From positions 1 to 46,625 of the forward strand of contig CAWHOE010000014.1 in NCBI GenBank assembly GCA_963830915.1: 46,625 nt of DNA. The letters are read 5' to 3'. Of the stretch, positions 28,296 to 40,330 are shown in pieces (the first letter of the stretch is position 1; every line of letters begins with the position of its first letter). The stretch comes from a candidate division FCPU426 bacterium. Its GTDB lineage: Bacteria; Oederibacteriota; Muellerivitia; Muellerivitales; Muellerivitaceae. The translations under genes were made by a program, and so were the position numbers. The notes below the pieces were generated by a model. The model worked only from the letters and a program-made list of their open reading frames with translations. It did no database searches and had not been told where the DNA came from.

Positions 28296-28633
28296 ATGAC
28301 GGCTGGCTGAGGGCGTGCAGGGCCGACGATCTGGACGCAAACGATGTGCTCCGATTTGACCACAACGGGCGGACGTTTGCGATCTACCGCACGGCCGGCG
28401 ACGAGTATTTTGCCACCGACGGCCTGTGCACCCACGCCAAGGCCCATCTGGCCGAAGGCTTCGTCATGGACGGCATTGTCGAGTGTCCGAAGCACAATGG
28501 ACGTTTTGACTTTCGCACCGGCAAGGCCAAAGGGCCGCCCGCTTGCGTGGACCTGAAGACGTACCCGGTCAAGGTCGAGGGGGGGGAGGTTTTTCTCCAA
28601 CTGGTGGTGCCCTCTCTCCCAGGGGAAGGTTAG
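28292..28633 (+). CDS. Rieske [2Fe-2S] ferredoxin, MocE-like
   Basis: GTG overlaps the desaturase stop; ATDGLCTHAKAHLAEG..ECPKHNGRFD. Confidence 0.9.
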   Translation: MNDGWLRACRADDLDANDVLRFDHNGRTFAIYRTAGDEYFATDGLCTHAKAHLAEGFVMDGIVECPKHNGRFDFRTGKAKGPPACVDLKTYPVKVEGGEVFLQLVVPSLPGEG

Positions 28634-28673
28634 GACCGTTGCAGCAGCGACAAATGTTTTGGAAAACGGACTT

Positions 28674-28755
28674 CGGTCTTGGGTCTTAGGGCTTGGGTCT
28701 TGGTTTGTTAGATCGCAAGTCACGACAAAGTCCCAAGACCTAAGACCCAAGACCT
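28674..28755. repeat. Heptamer inverted repeat (ggtcttg/caagacc family); second copy at 36683-36780
   Basis: cggtcttgggtcttagggcttgggtcttgg ... ccaagacctaagacccaagacct. Confidence 0.8.
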
Positions 28756-28799
28756 GACAGGTTCAAGAAGGCGTCGCCATTCCCTCCCGGAGAATCCCG

Positions 28800-29637
28800 A
28801 TGAAACTCCTCTTGGTCCGCCATCTTTGGGGCGTCGATGAGGCTTGGGAGCAAGTCTTCCCGCAATTCCGCGAGGCCGGTTATGGGGCGATCGAGTCCGC
28901 CGTGCCCGCGCCGGCCGACCGCAAGCGGTTCCGCGCCCTGTTGAACGCGCACGGCTTTGAGTACATTCCGCAGATATTCACCCGCGGCGGGACGCCGGCC
29001 GAACACCTCGAATCGTTTCGGCCCAGGTCGCGGAGGCCGCCGAACTGGGGCCGCGGCTGATCAACTCGCACAGTGGACGCGATGGTTTTACGGAAGCCCA
29101 GAGCGAACGCTTCTTCGCCGAGGCTTTGCTCATCGAGGCGGAGGCCGGCGTGAGCGTCGCGCATGGACGCATCGCGGCCGCATCCTCTTTCACCCGTGGA
29201 TCGCCGGCCGGCTGTTGGCGCGATTCAGCGACTTGAAGCTTTGCTGCGATTTCAGCCATTGGGTCTGCGTGTGCGAGCGGTTGCTCGACGGCGAGACGGC
29301 GATCCTCCGCCAGTGCGCCGCGCGTTGCATTCACTTGCACGCGCGGGTGGGCTATGAGGAAGGGCCGCAGGTCCCCGATCCCCGCGCGGGCGGAATATCG
29401 GCGGCATCTGGCGGCGCACGAGCGATGGTGGCGGACGGCGTGGTGGTGCAGCGGCGGCGCGGCGACCGGGTTTCAACGCTGACGCCGGAATTTGGCCCGC
29501 CGCCGTACCTGCACACGCTGCCGTTTACCGACGTTCCCGTGAGCGACTTGCGGAAGATTTGCGATTGGCAGGCGCGGCGTCAGGCGTCGAACTTCGCCCG
29601 GTGCGTGAAGACTCCGCGGCGAAAATCGCCGGCGTGA
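28800..29637 (+). CDS. Sugar phosphate isomerase/epimerase-like TIM-barrel protein, frameshifted
   Basis: RHLWG..GYGAIE; INSHSG; THRGRILFHPW; CDFSHWVCVCERLL; HLHARVGYEEGPQVPDPRA; TLTPEFGPPPY, spread over 3 frames. Confidence 0.8.
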
Positions 29638-29643
29638 GAAGCT

Positions 29644-29704
29644 GGGTGGCACTGGCGTCTTGCGAGTGTTTTCGCCGAGCACTCGCGAGACGCCAGTGCC
29701 ACCC
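29644..29704. repeat. REP-like doublet (gggtggcactggcgtc...gacgccagtgccaccc); half copy at 27046-27071, related copies at 37783-37855 and 38517-38540
   Basis: Near-perfect inverted arms between convergent genes. Confidence 0.8.
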
Positions 29705-29724
29705 ACCGTCGGCGAGTTGCCCTT

Positions 29725-30731
29725 TCATGCCCGCCAGGGGCGTTCCCGCTTCTGATTGCGGTGGATCACCTGTCTCGACCGACTTGCAGTTCTCGGGGAT
29801 CTGGAAGTCGAGCATGCCCACGGCGATGAAGTCGGCCCCGTTCTTGAAGGCGTATTGGAAAAGCCATGCTGCGGCAGGTAGGCGCCGGCCGCCAGCACCT
29901 TGAAGGCGACCCAGGGCTTGGCCACGCTCTTCATGAAGGCGACGGTCTCTTCCGGATTGATGCACCACATGTTGTCGTAGAACCCATTGCCCCCTGGTCA
30001 GCCACATGAACTCCTTGCGGCGTTCCTTGGGAGTCGCCGAAGGGTAGTCGTCGCGGTGCAGCGTCTTGACGTAGAAGTCGCAGGGCACGCCGTGCTTCTC
30101 GCACTCCATGGGCGCCTGCAGCGAGTGGCCGCCCACGCCCACCGGCAAGCCGTGACTTCTTCGCCAGTTTCCACGGCCTTGGCGACCCGTCGATGCCGCC
30201 CAGGTGACCAATTCATCGGCCGCCACGCCCCAGACATAAAGGGCCACGGCGCCGGAGTCGACCTGCCGCTTGACCTGGTTGGCAACTCTTGGTCGCTCGT
30301 GGCGACGTCTCACCTCGATATGCGGAATGAACTGCATGTGGCCGTGGTGTTTCGCGATTGTAGCGTTCGACGAACTCGCCGCCGCGTCTCGAACACGGTG
30401 TTGATGCCGTGTTGCTCGGCCAGCTCAATGTCTCCATAATCTTTTCTTCGGTGCATGTAGGCGGAAGAGACTGGTGACGTACTTCAGATCGCGGGAGTGC
30501 ATGCCAGCCGGTGATGAGGTTGCCGCCCAGCAGCACGCGGCTGATCTTCGCCTTGCCGAGCATTCCGCAGGGGAGCGATGCGGCCACAGGCTCGACCTTC
30601 GAAGGCGTCGTCGCATCGGCGGCCTGGCCGGGGCCCGCCGAGCCGATCGCGGCGGCAAGCCCCGCCCCGCTGGCGGCGGCCAGCGACTTATTCACGAAAT
30701 CGCGACGCGTCATTCCCTTTGAATCCGACAT
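29725..30731 (-). CDS. Tat-exported aldo/keto-reductase-like TIM-barrel protein, frameshifted
   Basis: MTRRDF Tat motif; LPCGMLGKAKISRVLLGGNLI; HSRDLKYV; PVGVGGHSL; DFYVKTLHRDDY; KPWVAFKVLAAGA; AFKNGADFIAVGMLDFQI. Confidence 0.75.
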
Positions 30732-30891
30732 TGGGGCATCTCCCTGCAAATGGGGTGGCGGAAATTTTGAGTTCTCGCGGCAGTAGAGCCTAGAGATAGG
30801 TTGACGAACAATTGTCACCGTATGCGACACGCAGGGCCGTGGCAAACGCAACGGGGAAGCAGGCCAGCAGCCATTTCATGCGGCGGCGTCC

Positions 30892-33619
30892 TTACTCCTC
30901 GGCCTGTCTTTGGCGCCGCCTTCTTGGCCTTCTTCTTCGCCGCCTTCTTGCGGGCGGGCGTCTTCTTTGCCGCGGCCTTCTTCGGCGCCGCTGTCTTCTT
31001 CGCGGCGCGGCGGCGGGAAGGACGCGTTCGAGGGGCCCTTCTCCGCCCGGGCCTGAAGCAAGGCCAAGGCGTATTCCAACGTCGCTTCGTCCGGCGAATC
31101 GGCCTTCGGCAACGAGGCGTTGGTCACGCCGTCGGTCACGTAGGGGCCGTAGCGGCCGGCCGAGCAACTGCACCGGCTTGCCGGTCACCGGCGAGGCGTC
31201 GAAGACCTTGATCGGCTCCTTGCGCGCGCCGCCGCCGCGGCGCGGCCTTCGGCTGGGCCAACAACGCCAACGCCTGCTCCAAGGTCACATCCAGCGGCGA
31301 AAGCCCGGCCGGCAAGCGAACGGGTCTCGTCGCCGCACTTCACATAGGGGCCGTAACGGCCCGTTGTAGGCCACCACCGGCTGACCGTCTGCGGGTGCTG
31401 CCCCAGCTCGCGCGGCAGCGACAGCAGCTTCAGCGCCACGTCGAGCGTCACGTCCTCGGGCTGCATGCCCTTCAGCAGCGAGGCGTTTTGCGGCTTCTCG
31501 TCGTCCTCGCCGGCTGCCGCGCTGCACATACGGCCCAAAACGCCCCACCTTGAGGAAGATCGGCTTGTTGCGTCTGCGGGACAGACGCCCAGCGGCTGCT
31601 CGCTCTGCGCCGCCTTGTCGAGCATCTCCAAGGCGGCGGCGAGCGTCAGTTCGTCGGGCGGCATCTTGTCGGGCAGGCTGGCGCGGCGATCGCCCTGTTC
31701 GAGGAACGGCCCGTAGCGGCCCACGCGAACAAAGACCTCCGGCCTGCGCCCTCCGGCTTGGCCGATCAGCACGCGGCTGACATCGCGGGCGTCGATCTCG
31801 TCCGGCCTTATTCTCGAGCTGCTCCTTCAGGCCCGGGTGATCGTTGCCGAAGTAGAAATGCTGCAGGTACTCCAGGTGCTCCAGTTCGCCGCGGCTGATG
31901 GCGTCCAGCTCGTCTTCCATCTCGGCGGTGAACTGGTAATCGACCAGATTCGGCAAATGCCGCTCGAGCAACTGCGAAACGGCAAACGCCGTCCACGTGG
32001 GCACCAGCACGTTGCCGCGCTCGACTTGAAGACGTAGTCGCGGGCGAGGATCGTGTCGATGATCGAGGCGTAGGTGCTGGGCCGGCCGATGCCCATCTCT
32101 TCCAACGCCCGGGTCAGCGACGCTTCGCTGTAGCGGTTGGGCGGCTGCGTGGTGTGGCTCTTCGGCTCCAAGCCGCGGCAGGCGAGCGCCTCGCCCACGG
32201 CGACCGCCGGCAGCACCACGTCGCGGTCGGCCAGCTGGCTCTCGGGATCGTCGGAGCCCTCGACATACGCCCGCAGGTAGCCGGGAAAATCGATGATCTT
32301 GCCGCTGGCCTCGAAAGCGCGCCGTCCGCCGCGACGCTGATCGTGATGCGGCGGCCGCGGGCGTCGGCCATCTGGCTGGCCACCGTCCGCTTCCAGATCA
32401 GGTCGTAGAGCTTGAACTCGTCCGGGCTGAGCGTCGCCGCGGAGCGTCTCGGGCAAGTCGAACGGATGCCCGGCCGGCCGGATCGCCTCGTGCGCCTCCT
32501 GCGCGTTCTTCACCTTCGTCTGGTAATATCGCGGCTGCGGCGGGCAGGTATTCCTGGCCGTACTGGCCGAGCGATGAACTGCCGCGCCGTCTCGACCGCC
32601 ACGGCCGCCAGGTTCGTCGAGTCGGTGCGCATGTAGGTGATGTGCCCGTTCTCGTAGAGGCTCTGGGCCACCTGCATGGTGTGCCGGGCGGTGAAGCCGT
32701 ACTTCCGGTTGGCCTCCTGCTGCAACGTGCTGGTGGTGAAGGGCGGATAAGGCCGGGTCGTGTAGGGCTTGTCTTCCAGCTCGGCTCACGCGGCACGCGC
32801 CGCGGCCGAGCCGCTGCGGCCAGCTCGGCCGCCTGACGCTCGTCGAGCAACAGGCAGGCCGGGTCTTTGAGCCTGCCGGTGGCGGGGTCGAAGTCGCGGC
32901 CGGCCGGGATCTCGCCGCCCGTCGACCGAGATCAGCTCCGCCTCGAAACTCTCCCGCCGGCCTTGGCGAACGTCGCCAGCAGGTCCCAGTACGTCGCCGG
33001 CGACGAAAGCCATCCGCTGCCGCTCCCGCTCGACGATCAGCCGCACGGCGACGCTCTGCACGCGGCCCGCCGAAAGCCGCGGACGGATCTTCCGCCACAA
33101 CAGCGGCGAAACGTCGTAGCCGTACAGCCGATCGACGATCCGCCGCACCTCCTGGGCGCGGACGAGGTCCTGGTCGATCTGGCGGGGATGCTTCAGCGCC
33201 TCAAGAATCGCCTCTTCCGTGATCTCGTGAAACACCAGGCGATGGACCGGCACCTTCGGCTGCAAGACTTCGCAGAGATGCCAACTGATCGCCTCCCCTT
33301 CCCGGTCTTCGTCCGTCGCCAGGTACAGTTCCTGGCGCTCCGCAACAGTTTTTGAGCTTGCGGACCTGGGCGATCTTCTCCCGGGGGATCACATAAACCG
33401 GATCGAAATCCTTGTTGACGTTCACCCCCAAGTACGCCCAATCCTCCTCTTGAACTCCTCGGGGACTTCCTTCGCCCCCTGGGGCAAATCGCGAATATGG
33501 CCAATGCTGGCTTCAATCGTGTACCCCTGGCCGAGAAACTTGCCGATGGTCCGCGCTTTGGCGGGCGATTCGACAATGACCAGTGAGTCGCCGTCTTTCG
33601 TAGCTGATTTCTTGGCCAT
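30892..33619 (-). CDS. topA: DNA topoisomerase I (type IA) with C-terminal repeats, many apparent sequencing frameshifts
   Basis: [92 protein letters not shown] repeats, Lys/Ala tail. Confidence 0.95.
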
Positions 33620-33856
33620 ATGCAAACTGTTAATTCAGGAAAGCTAGGCAGGCTAGTGACTGTTTATCAGTGATCCGCCGCGGCAAACGTGAGCCCGGTG
33701 GGTCGAATCGGCAAGCTCGTCACGATCGATCGGTCGGTCGCATCAGTCCTGGGCTTAGAATTGTAACAGTCCGCCCAATCCGCACAATCGCCATTTCCCG
33801 GTTTTGATGGGGGGTTGCGTTTCCAAAGGGGTCATTTTCCCGATTTTGATTTGGCA

Positions 33857-33884
33857 TTGCGTTTCCAAAGGGGGCGTTTAGAAT
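33857..33884 (+). promoter_or_regulatory. Candidate sigma70 promoter for the downstream PpiD-like gene, within a ~41-bp tandem duplication (33792-33874)
   Basis: TTGCGT-N16-TAGAAT, 60 bp upstream of ATG 33944. Confidence 0.4.
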
Positions 33885-33943
33885 TGATGGATTCAGTCCA
33901 GTTAGCGAATTATGCCCCCCATTCCAGAGGATGTATAGAAGTC

Positions 33944-36614
33944 ATGGCGAGCCCCTTCCGAATGTTCCGCCGGCACCAAAAGACCTTGATGGTCTTCCTG
34001 GCCGTCATGGCGATTATCGCCTTCGCTTTTCTCAGCAGCCCGCAAATTGTCGAAATGTTCAGTGGACGGGGGCCAGGACCCGGTGGCGCTGCGGACGACG
34101 AAGTTCGGCAACATCACCGAGCAACAATTGCGCTACATGGTCGGCAATCGCCACCGGCTGCAGAACTTCATCGAATCAGTGCAGCGGCAGTTGCAAATGA
34201 TGGGCGGCCGGCCCCAAGGGCAGCTCGCTGCGGTGGTCTTGTCGCAATTCCGCCCCGCCAACGAAGAATCGGTCGTGGACAATTGGCTGCTCTTCCAAGA
34301 GGCCCAGCGGATGGGAATGGTCGTCACCGACGAAGAAGTCAATCAGTTCTTAGCGGAGCTTACCGACAACGCCATACCCTTCAAGGACCTGAAATCCCAG
34401 TACATGAACCCAATGCGGGGGGAATTCCAGAGCAAGAACTCTTCAGCTTGCTGAAGCAGGAAATAGCCGCGTCTGAGATTTCGCTCTGGCGCAGGTCGGC
34501 TTGCGCGGGACGCCGCCGGCCCAGTGGTGGGAATATTATGCGCGGCTCCACCGCCGCGCCTCGGTGGAAACAGCGGCCGTGCCCGTTGCCTCCTACGCCA
34601 AAAAAGTGGCTGATCCCCAGCCTGACGAACTGGAAAAATTCTTTGAAGCCCACAAGAACCAGTACGCCATGCCGGATTCGCCCGAGCCGGGCTTCCGCGT
34701 GCCGCATCGCATCGCCGTCCAATACTTCCGCGCCGAAACGGACAAGTTCGCCGATGCGAAGACGATCACCGAGGCCCAGATCAAGGAGGAGTACGAGAAG
34801 CAAAAGGACATTTACGATCGCGTCGGGGCGGCGCTTTTTGACAGGGAAAAGGAGGAGAAGGCCGAAAAGGGCGAGAAGCCCGCGGGGGCCCCGCCGAAGC
34901 AGGGGAAGCCCGCAGCGGAAGAAAAGAGGTTGGTCGTCCCGTCGCAGAAGCCTGCTGCGGAAGGCAACCCGCCCCTGAAGTGAAGAAGCAAGCCGCGGAA
35001 GTAAAGAACCCGACTCCTGAAGTGAAAAAGCCGGCGGCGGAGATAAAGAATCCCGCCCCGGAGGTGAAGAGGCCGACTCCGCTGGAAAAAGAGACCGCAA
35101 AGCCGCAGCCCGTTGCCACTCCGGCGGAAGCGAAGAAGCCGGCGACCGGAGAGAAATCGCGCCGCCGCCGCCCGAGAAGAAGCCTGCCGCAGGGGAAAAG
35201 GGCGCAGGCAAGACATCATCGGCCGCGGCATGGTCGTTCCGCTTGGCCTCGTATTCCGACGACGCCAAGCCAGCGACGCCCAAGGACGCCAAGCCAACGG
35301 CGCCGCCGGAGGCCAAGCCAACGGCGCCGACGGAGGCCAAGCCAACGGCGCCGCCGGAGGCCAAGCCGGTGGCGCCAAGGACGCCAAGCCAGCAACGCCT
35401 GTAGACAACAAGCCCGCGGCTGCGGCAAAACCACCCGAGGCAACGGCGGCGAAGAAGCCGGTGGTCGCGCAGACGCGAAGGCCGGCCAGACGCCCGCAGC
35501 CCCGCTGGAACTGACCCCCGAGCGACCGACCAGGCCAAGGTGCGCCGAAGGAGACCGTGGAGAACAAGGGGAAGGAGACTCCGTCGCCGGAGTTGACGCC
35601 GCCGAAGCCGGCGCCGCCGAAGAAAGTGTTGACCCCGCGGATGAAAGACTTGATTCGCCGCCGGCTGGCCGAGGGCAAGGCGATGGAGAAAATCGACGCC
35701 GTCTTCGCTCGTTTGGAAAGCTCGATGGACGAATGGCGGCGGAAGAAGCTGCGATACGCTCACCAGCATCAGCCTGGCGAAAAACCCCCGGCGGACCTCG
35801 ACTTTGCCGCCTTGGCCAAGGCCAACGGGCTGACATCGCGGCAGACGCCGCTGATCTCCGCCGTCGACGCTTCGGAATACGCCATTGGCCGGTCGCGGAT
35901 CGACGATCGCATCCCCTTCACGACCTATGCGTATCAGACGCTGGCGATGCTGAAGCCGACCCGCTCGACCGACGACAGGGGCCGACCGTACTGTTTTGGA
36001 TCGTAGACGAGACCTTGGATCAGGTCCCCAAGTTTAGCGACCCGGGGATAAAGGCAAGAGCGACCGAGGCTTGGAAGATGATCCAAGCCCGCAAGGACGC
36101 CCTGGCGGCGGCAAAGAAGCTCGCCCAGGAGGTGCAGGCCGCGGGGAAATCGCTGAAGAAGTTTTTCGCCGACCGGCCTGACATTGTCGTAGCCCAGTCG
36201 GAGCCGTTCACCTGGATGACCTATGGCAACGTCGCGTCTTCCATTCGTATGCCCCGCCTGTAATCAGCGAAGTTGAGGGCGTGCACATGCCGGGGCAGGC
36301 GTTCATGCGGGAGGTGTTCTCCTTGAAGGCGGGCGATGTCGCGGCGGCGATGAACCAACCCCAGACTGTCGCTTATGTCATCCGCGCGGTTGATCTGCGC
36401 CGCCGACGAGCGTGCTGCTGGCCGAGTTCGAAAGCGCTTCGCCGGACATGTACGCCGGCGTTGGTGCAAAGCGAAATGGCCGAAACCTACCAGGCTTGGA
36501 TCAAGGAATTGAAAGGCAGGCGGGGCTGACGTGGGATCCAGACCACGCCAAGCGGCCTGACAAAGGGCCGCCGGCGAACCGTCCTTGCCAGAACCGGACG
36601 AGTCGGACGACTAA
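33944..36614 (+). CDS. Planctomycete PpiD/SurA-like membrane-anchored periplasmic chaperone with a Lys/Pro/Ala-rich insert, frameshifted
   Basis: MASPFRMFRRHQKTLMVFLAVMAIIAF; EAQRMGMVVTDEEVNQFL; ELEKFFEAHK..PEPGFRVPHRIAVQY; DFAALAKANGL; AWKMIQARKDALAAA. Confidence 0.65.
35261..35403 (+). repeat. 24-bp intragenic tandem repeat (x6) encoding (D/E)AKPTAPP
   Basis: ga(c/g)gccaagcca(a/g)cg(g/a)cgcc... period 24; further 21-bp VKKPAAE-type repeats at ~34980-35075. Confidence 0.85.
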
Positions 36615-36853
36615 CCCCAGTGCCGTTCAAATAGCGGCAAGTCACAGATTGGCAAGGTTTGGCGGCATCGCAGCGTCGATGGCCTTGGGTCTTTGGCCTT
36701 GGGCCTTCGATGTGTGCCTCAACGCTTTTCGCAACTCGGGGCAAACTACACTAAGACCCAAGTCCTAAGACCAAAGTCCCTGTTGGCAAACGCCTTGCTG
36801 CTATTTGAACGGTATTGCGACTAACCCTCCTCCGTCCTTTGCAAGGCGTCCGC

Positions 36854-37780
36854 ATGAGTTCAAGCCCTGCGTTGTTGGTCCTCGCGGCCGGAATGGGCTC
36901 CCGTTACGGCGGCCTGAAACAGGTCGATCCTGTCGGCCCCCACGGGGAATTCATCCTCGACTACTCCGTCTACGACGCCCTCCGCGCCGGCTTCCGCAAG
37001 ATCGTCTTCGTGGTCCGGCGGGAAATGGAAGCGGCGTTTCAGCAGACGATTGCCCGGCGGCTGCCGCGAGAGATCGAGATCGTTTACGCCTATCAGGAAC
37101 TCGACCTGCTGCCGCAAGGCTTCTCGGTTCCCGAGGGGCGCAAGAGCCTTGGGGCACCGGACACGCCGTCTGGGTCGCCCGGGATCGCGTCCGCGAGCCG
37201 ATGCTCGTGATCAACGCCGACGACTTCTACGGCGCGGCGGCCTATCGGACGGCGGCCGACTGCTTTTCATCGCCGGAAAAATCGTGCCAGGCCGAGTATT
37301 TCATGGTCGGCTATCGGCTGCGCAAGACCGTCTCGCCCCACGGACCCGTGGCCAGGGGCGTCTGCCGCGCGGATGCCGAGGGGTTCCTCGCCGACGTGAC
37401 CGAGGTCACGGGGATTGCGGTCGATGCGGCGGACATATTTCCGCCCCAGGGAAAGACGGCCGCCCGCAGAATTTCACCGGCGAGGAGATCGTCTCGATGA
37501 ACCTCTGGGGGTTTACGCCTTCGCTGTTCGACCAATTGGAGCGGCTCTTCCGCCAGTTCCTCGCCGGCGAAGCGCGATCGCGACGGCCGAGTTTATCTTC
37601 CCGCCGCCGTGGCGACGCTCGTCCGCGAGAAACGGGGGCGGGTGAAGGTGCTCACAACCACCGCCGCCGAATGGGTCGGGGCGACGTAACGCCCAGGACA
37701 AGCCGGTTGTCATGCAGCGGCTGCGGGCGTTGATCGACGCCGGCGTCTATCCTTCGCCGCTGTGGCCGGGCAGAGAATAA
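36854..37780 (+). CDS. Nucleotidyltransferase (NDP-sugar pyrophosphorylase family), frameshifted
   Basis: LLVLAAGMGSRYGGLKQVDPVGPHGEFILDYSVYDA; PWGTGHAV; VINADDFYG; VSMNLWGFTP; GVYPSPLW. Confidence 0.9.
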
Positions 37781-37893
37781 TCGTGTGCCACTGCTTCGCA
37801 GAAGCAGTGCCCACGATTCGGCGAATCCACTGCTTCTGCGAAGCAGTGGCACACCGCGAACAACAGTGGACGTCGGCCGTTATTTCCGACCCT

Positions 37894-38316
37894 CTACGGC
37901 GGAACTGCTGACACCAATAGATCGTTCCCTCGGGCGTGCGGTATGCCGCGACGCCGATCCGCCCATGACCGGCGTTGAGAATGTTCGCCCGATGGCCCGA
38001 CGAGTTCATCCAGCATTGCAAAACTTCCTCGGCGCTGGGCCCGGCCGATGGCGATGTTCTCCGCTACCGGTTGATTCCAATGCACCAGGCTTCGATTCAG
38101 CGTCATCCACGACGCGTGTTCCCGGGCCGACTTCATCAGGTCCGCATCGACTTCCAGCGGCGGCAGCCTATACAGCCCCCGGTGGTAATTGGTGAAAGCG
38201 ACGATCTGCTCTTCAATTTCCACAGCTTGATCTTCGCCGCTGTCGGTTCTGGCGCCTCTGGCCGGAACTTACCCAGCAACAGAGTGGTTTGGCCAAATTG
38301 CGAAATGTGCGATCAT
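37894..38316 (-). CDS. CAP/SCP-domain protein, frameshifted
   Basis: TNYHRGLYRLPPL..LMKSAREHASWM..VAENIAIG; WMNSSGHRANILN..IGVAAY..YWCQQF; GGAGG RBS. Confidence 0.85.
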
Positions 38317-38624
38317 CGGGATGTCCCTCCTGTATTTCCGTGGTGTGAAGCCTTGGCCGGCGAACTTTGGCGGGAAGCGTTCGAGTATAGAGGCGGTAGT
38401 GCGGCAGGTTGCAAGGGGCACCGGCCGGGGGATTTCGCCGGAGGAGGGAAGATTCTTCTCCCTCTAAGGTCCATCCGCATGAGGGTTGCGGCGGGGGCAG
38501 CTTCTCAGATTGCGCGTGCCACTGCTTGTCGCAAGCAGTGCAGGAGCAATCGGTTGCCCTTTACACTGCTTGCGGCCGGGCGCCGACCGGAGTTGGTCGT
38601 GGCACACTTTGGCGGGAAAACGCT

Positions 38625-38975
38625 CTACCGGCTTTCGCCGCCGGGAATCGCCGCCGGAACGGACTGCGAGTTGTCCGTCTTGCCCGCAACGCCACCAGGC
38701 CGGAGCCGATGGCCAAGGCGATGGCCGCCAGAACCGCACATTGTGCAGACGCGGAACCATGGGCCGGGCCGATAAAAATAGGCGAAAGCGACAAGAATCA
38801 TCGCCCCGCCCGCAAAGTAGACGGTCACCGTTAGCCAAGCGATCAGCAGCGGCGGAAGCCCTTTCGCGTCGGGCAGAGCCGCGGATTGGCTTCCCTGGGC
38901 CGCCGTTGCCGCGATCAGACACACGCCCAGAAACATCGCCGCCGCCAGGAACCGATCACCTCTGCGTCCCAGCAT
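38625..38975 (-). CDS. Hypothetical small membrane protein
   Basis: Signal-like N-terminus and one TM (LLIAWLTVTVYFAGGAMILVAFAYFY) followed by CTMC; boundaries uncertain. Confidence 0.35.
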   Translation of the reverse strand: MLGRRGDRFLAAAMFLGVCLIAATAAQGSQSAALPDAKGLPPLLIAWLTVTVYFAGGAMILVAFAYFYRPGPWFRVCTMCGSGGHRLGHRLRPGGVAGKTDNSQSVPAAIPGGESR

Positions 38976-39268
38976 GGAATTTCTCCGTGAAAGCTGCCCG
39001 ATGCCGTGCGCGGGGAGCAGAAAAACTTCCAAAAGCGAAACGCCCCGATTCAACCCTGCCAGACCATGAGCGAAGCGGAAGTTTCGCAGAAAAGGCAAGT
39101 CCACTCCAGATCAATTTCTGCGGCTTGCGGCCCATTGCCCGCGGTGCCGGGCCGCGATGCCGTCCCAGGCTAGCGGGGGCGCGGCGGAGAGGTATAATGG
39201 ATGTGGAATTGGTGAGAACCATCCACAAAAGTGGGGGGTTGGCCTCGAACTTGGCTTCGGTCGGCGTC

Positions 39269-40330
39269 ATGGGCATTCGCTTCTATTGTCCAAACGGACA
39301 CAAGTTGAACGTGAAGGAGTTCCAGGCGGGACGGAAGGGAATCTGCCCCTTCTGTGGAGCAAAGATCCAAATTCCCACCGAGAGCACCCGCCCTAGCACG
39401 CGTGAGGAGGCTGCGAGGGGGGGTGGCCGTGCCTCGACGGGACCATCCCCGACGATCTCCGACGATTTGCAGAGCAACGTGTCGATTTCGGTCCCGGCAT
39501 CGTTGCAGCCCGGCGGAATGGCGCCGCAGCCGGCTGCCGGCGGTCCGACGCCGTTTGCGTCCGCGCCGATGGGCCCGGTGATGAAGTCCGCGGCGTCGCC
39601 TGGGGGAATGCCGGTCGGGACGCCTCGCATGGGGGCGTTTCCAGGGGCGGCGGCTCCGATCGCGTCTTCCGGATCGCCTGGGGCAACGCCCCGGGTTGCG
39701 CCTGCCCAAGCGCCTGCCGCCGCGCCGACCACCGCCCCGCGGGCGCGGTGCCGGCCATGGCGCGAGCCTCTCGTCCCCGGCCGGAGGGTCGATGATGTCC
39801 GGCGCAGCCCCCGCGGGGATGGCCTCGCCGACCGCGGCCCCCGGCGGCAGGCCGATCGCCTGCCGCCCGTGGCGGCCGGGGCAACATCGGGCGCGACCGA
39901 TCCGCTGACCGAGGCGGGCGACGTCGTCTCGGTATGTGCGTCCCGCGTCGGGCGGCCAGTTTGGTCCGGCCGGTTGCGAAATCATGCGAACCTGGCTCGG
40001 CGAAGGCCGTCTCGGCGGCGATTCGCTCGTCTGGCGGGAAGGATGGCGCGAGTGGCAGGATGCCTCCGCCGTCTTCCCTCAACTACGCACGGCGACTTCC
40101 ACCGCCTCCGCGTCCGTCTTCAATTCCGAGGCGCCGCTCGATCTCCGACATCGGCGGAGCTTTCGTGGCATGTGCATGACACAGAGCGTCCCCGGTTCGG
40201 CGGCATGAAGGACTGGCTCCTTATCTTCCTGCTGACGGCGGCGGTGATTATCTTTATGGTGGTTTTCTTTCCGGGTCCTCTACAAGCCGTGAACCTCCCG
40301 GCGCCAGGACACTCGCGGGACCGATCATGA
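39269..40330 (+). CDS. Zn-ribbon + Pro/Ala linker + GYF_2 (DUF4339) + C-terminal TM protein, frameshifted
   Basis: MGIRFYCPNGHKLNVK..GICPFCG; RPASGGQFGPA..WLGEGRLGGDSLVWREGWREWQDASAVFP; C-terminal hydrophobic helix. Confidence 0.8.
   Translation: MGIRFYCPNGHKLNVKEFQAGRKGICPFCGAKIQIPTESTRPSTREEAARGGGRASTGPSPTISDDLQSNVSISVPASLQPGGMAPQPAAGGPTPFASAPMGPVMKSAASPGGMPVGTPRMGAFPGAAAPIASSGSPGATPRVAPAQAPAAAPTTAPRARCRPWREPLVPGRRVDDVRRSPRGDGLADRGPRRQADRLPPVAAGATSGATDPLTEAGDVVSVCASRVGRPVWSGRLRNHANLARRRPSRRRFARLAGRMARVAGCLRRLPSTTHGDFHRLRVRLQFRGAARSPTSAELSWHVHDTERPRFGGMKDWLLIFLLTAAVIIFMVVFFPGPLQAVNLPAPGHSRDRS

Noticed and set aside
30892..33619. topA pseudogene or recoded gene
   Set aside because: All motifs are present in order and neighbours are equally frameshifted; sequencing error is more parsimonious.
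38486..39268. N-terminal 260 aa of the 614-aa ORF
   Set aside because: Non-protein-like read-through; the recognisable protein begins at MGIRFYCPNGH (39269).
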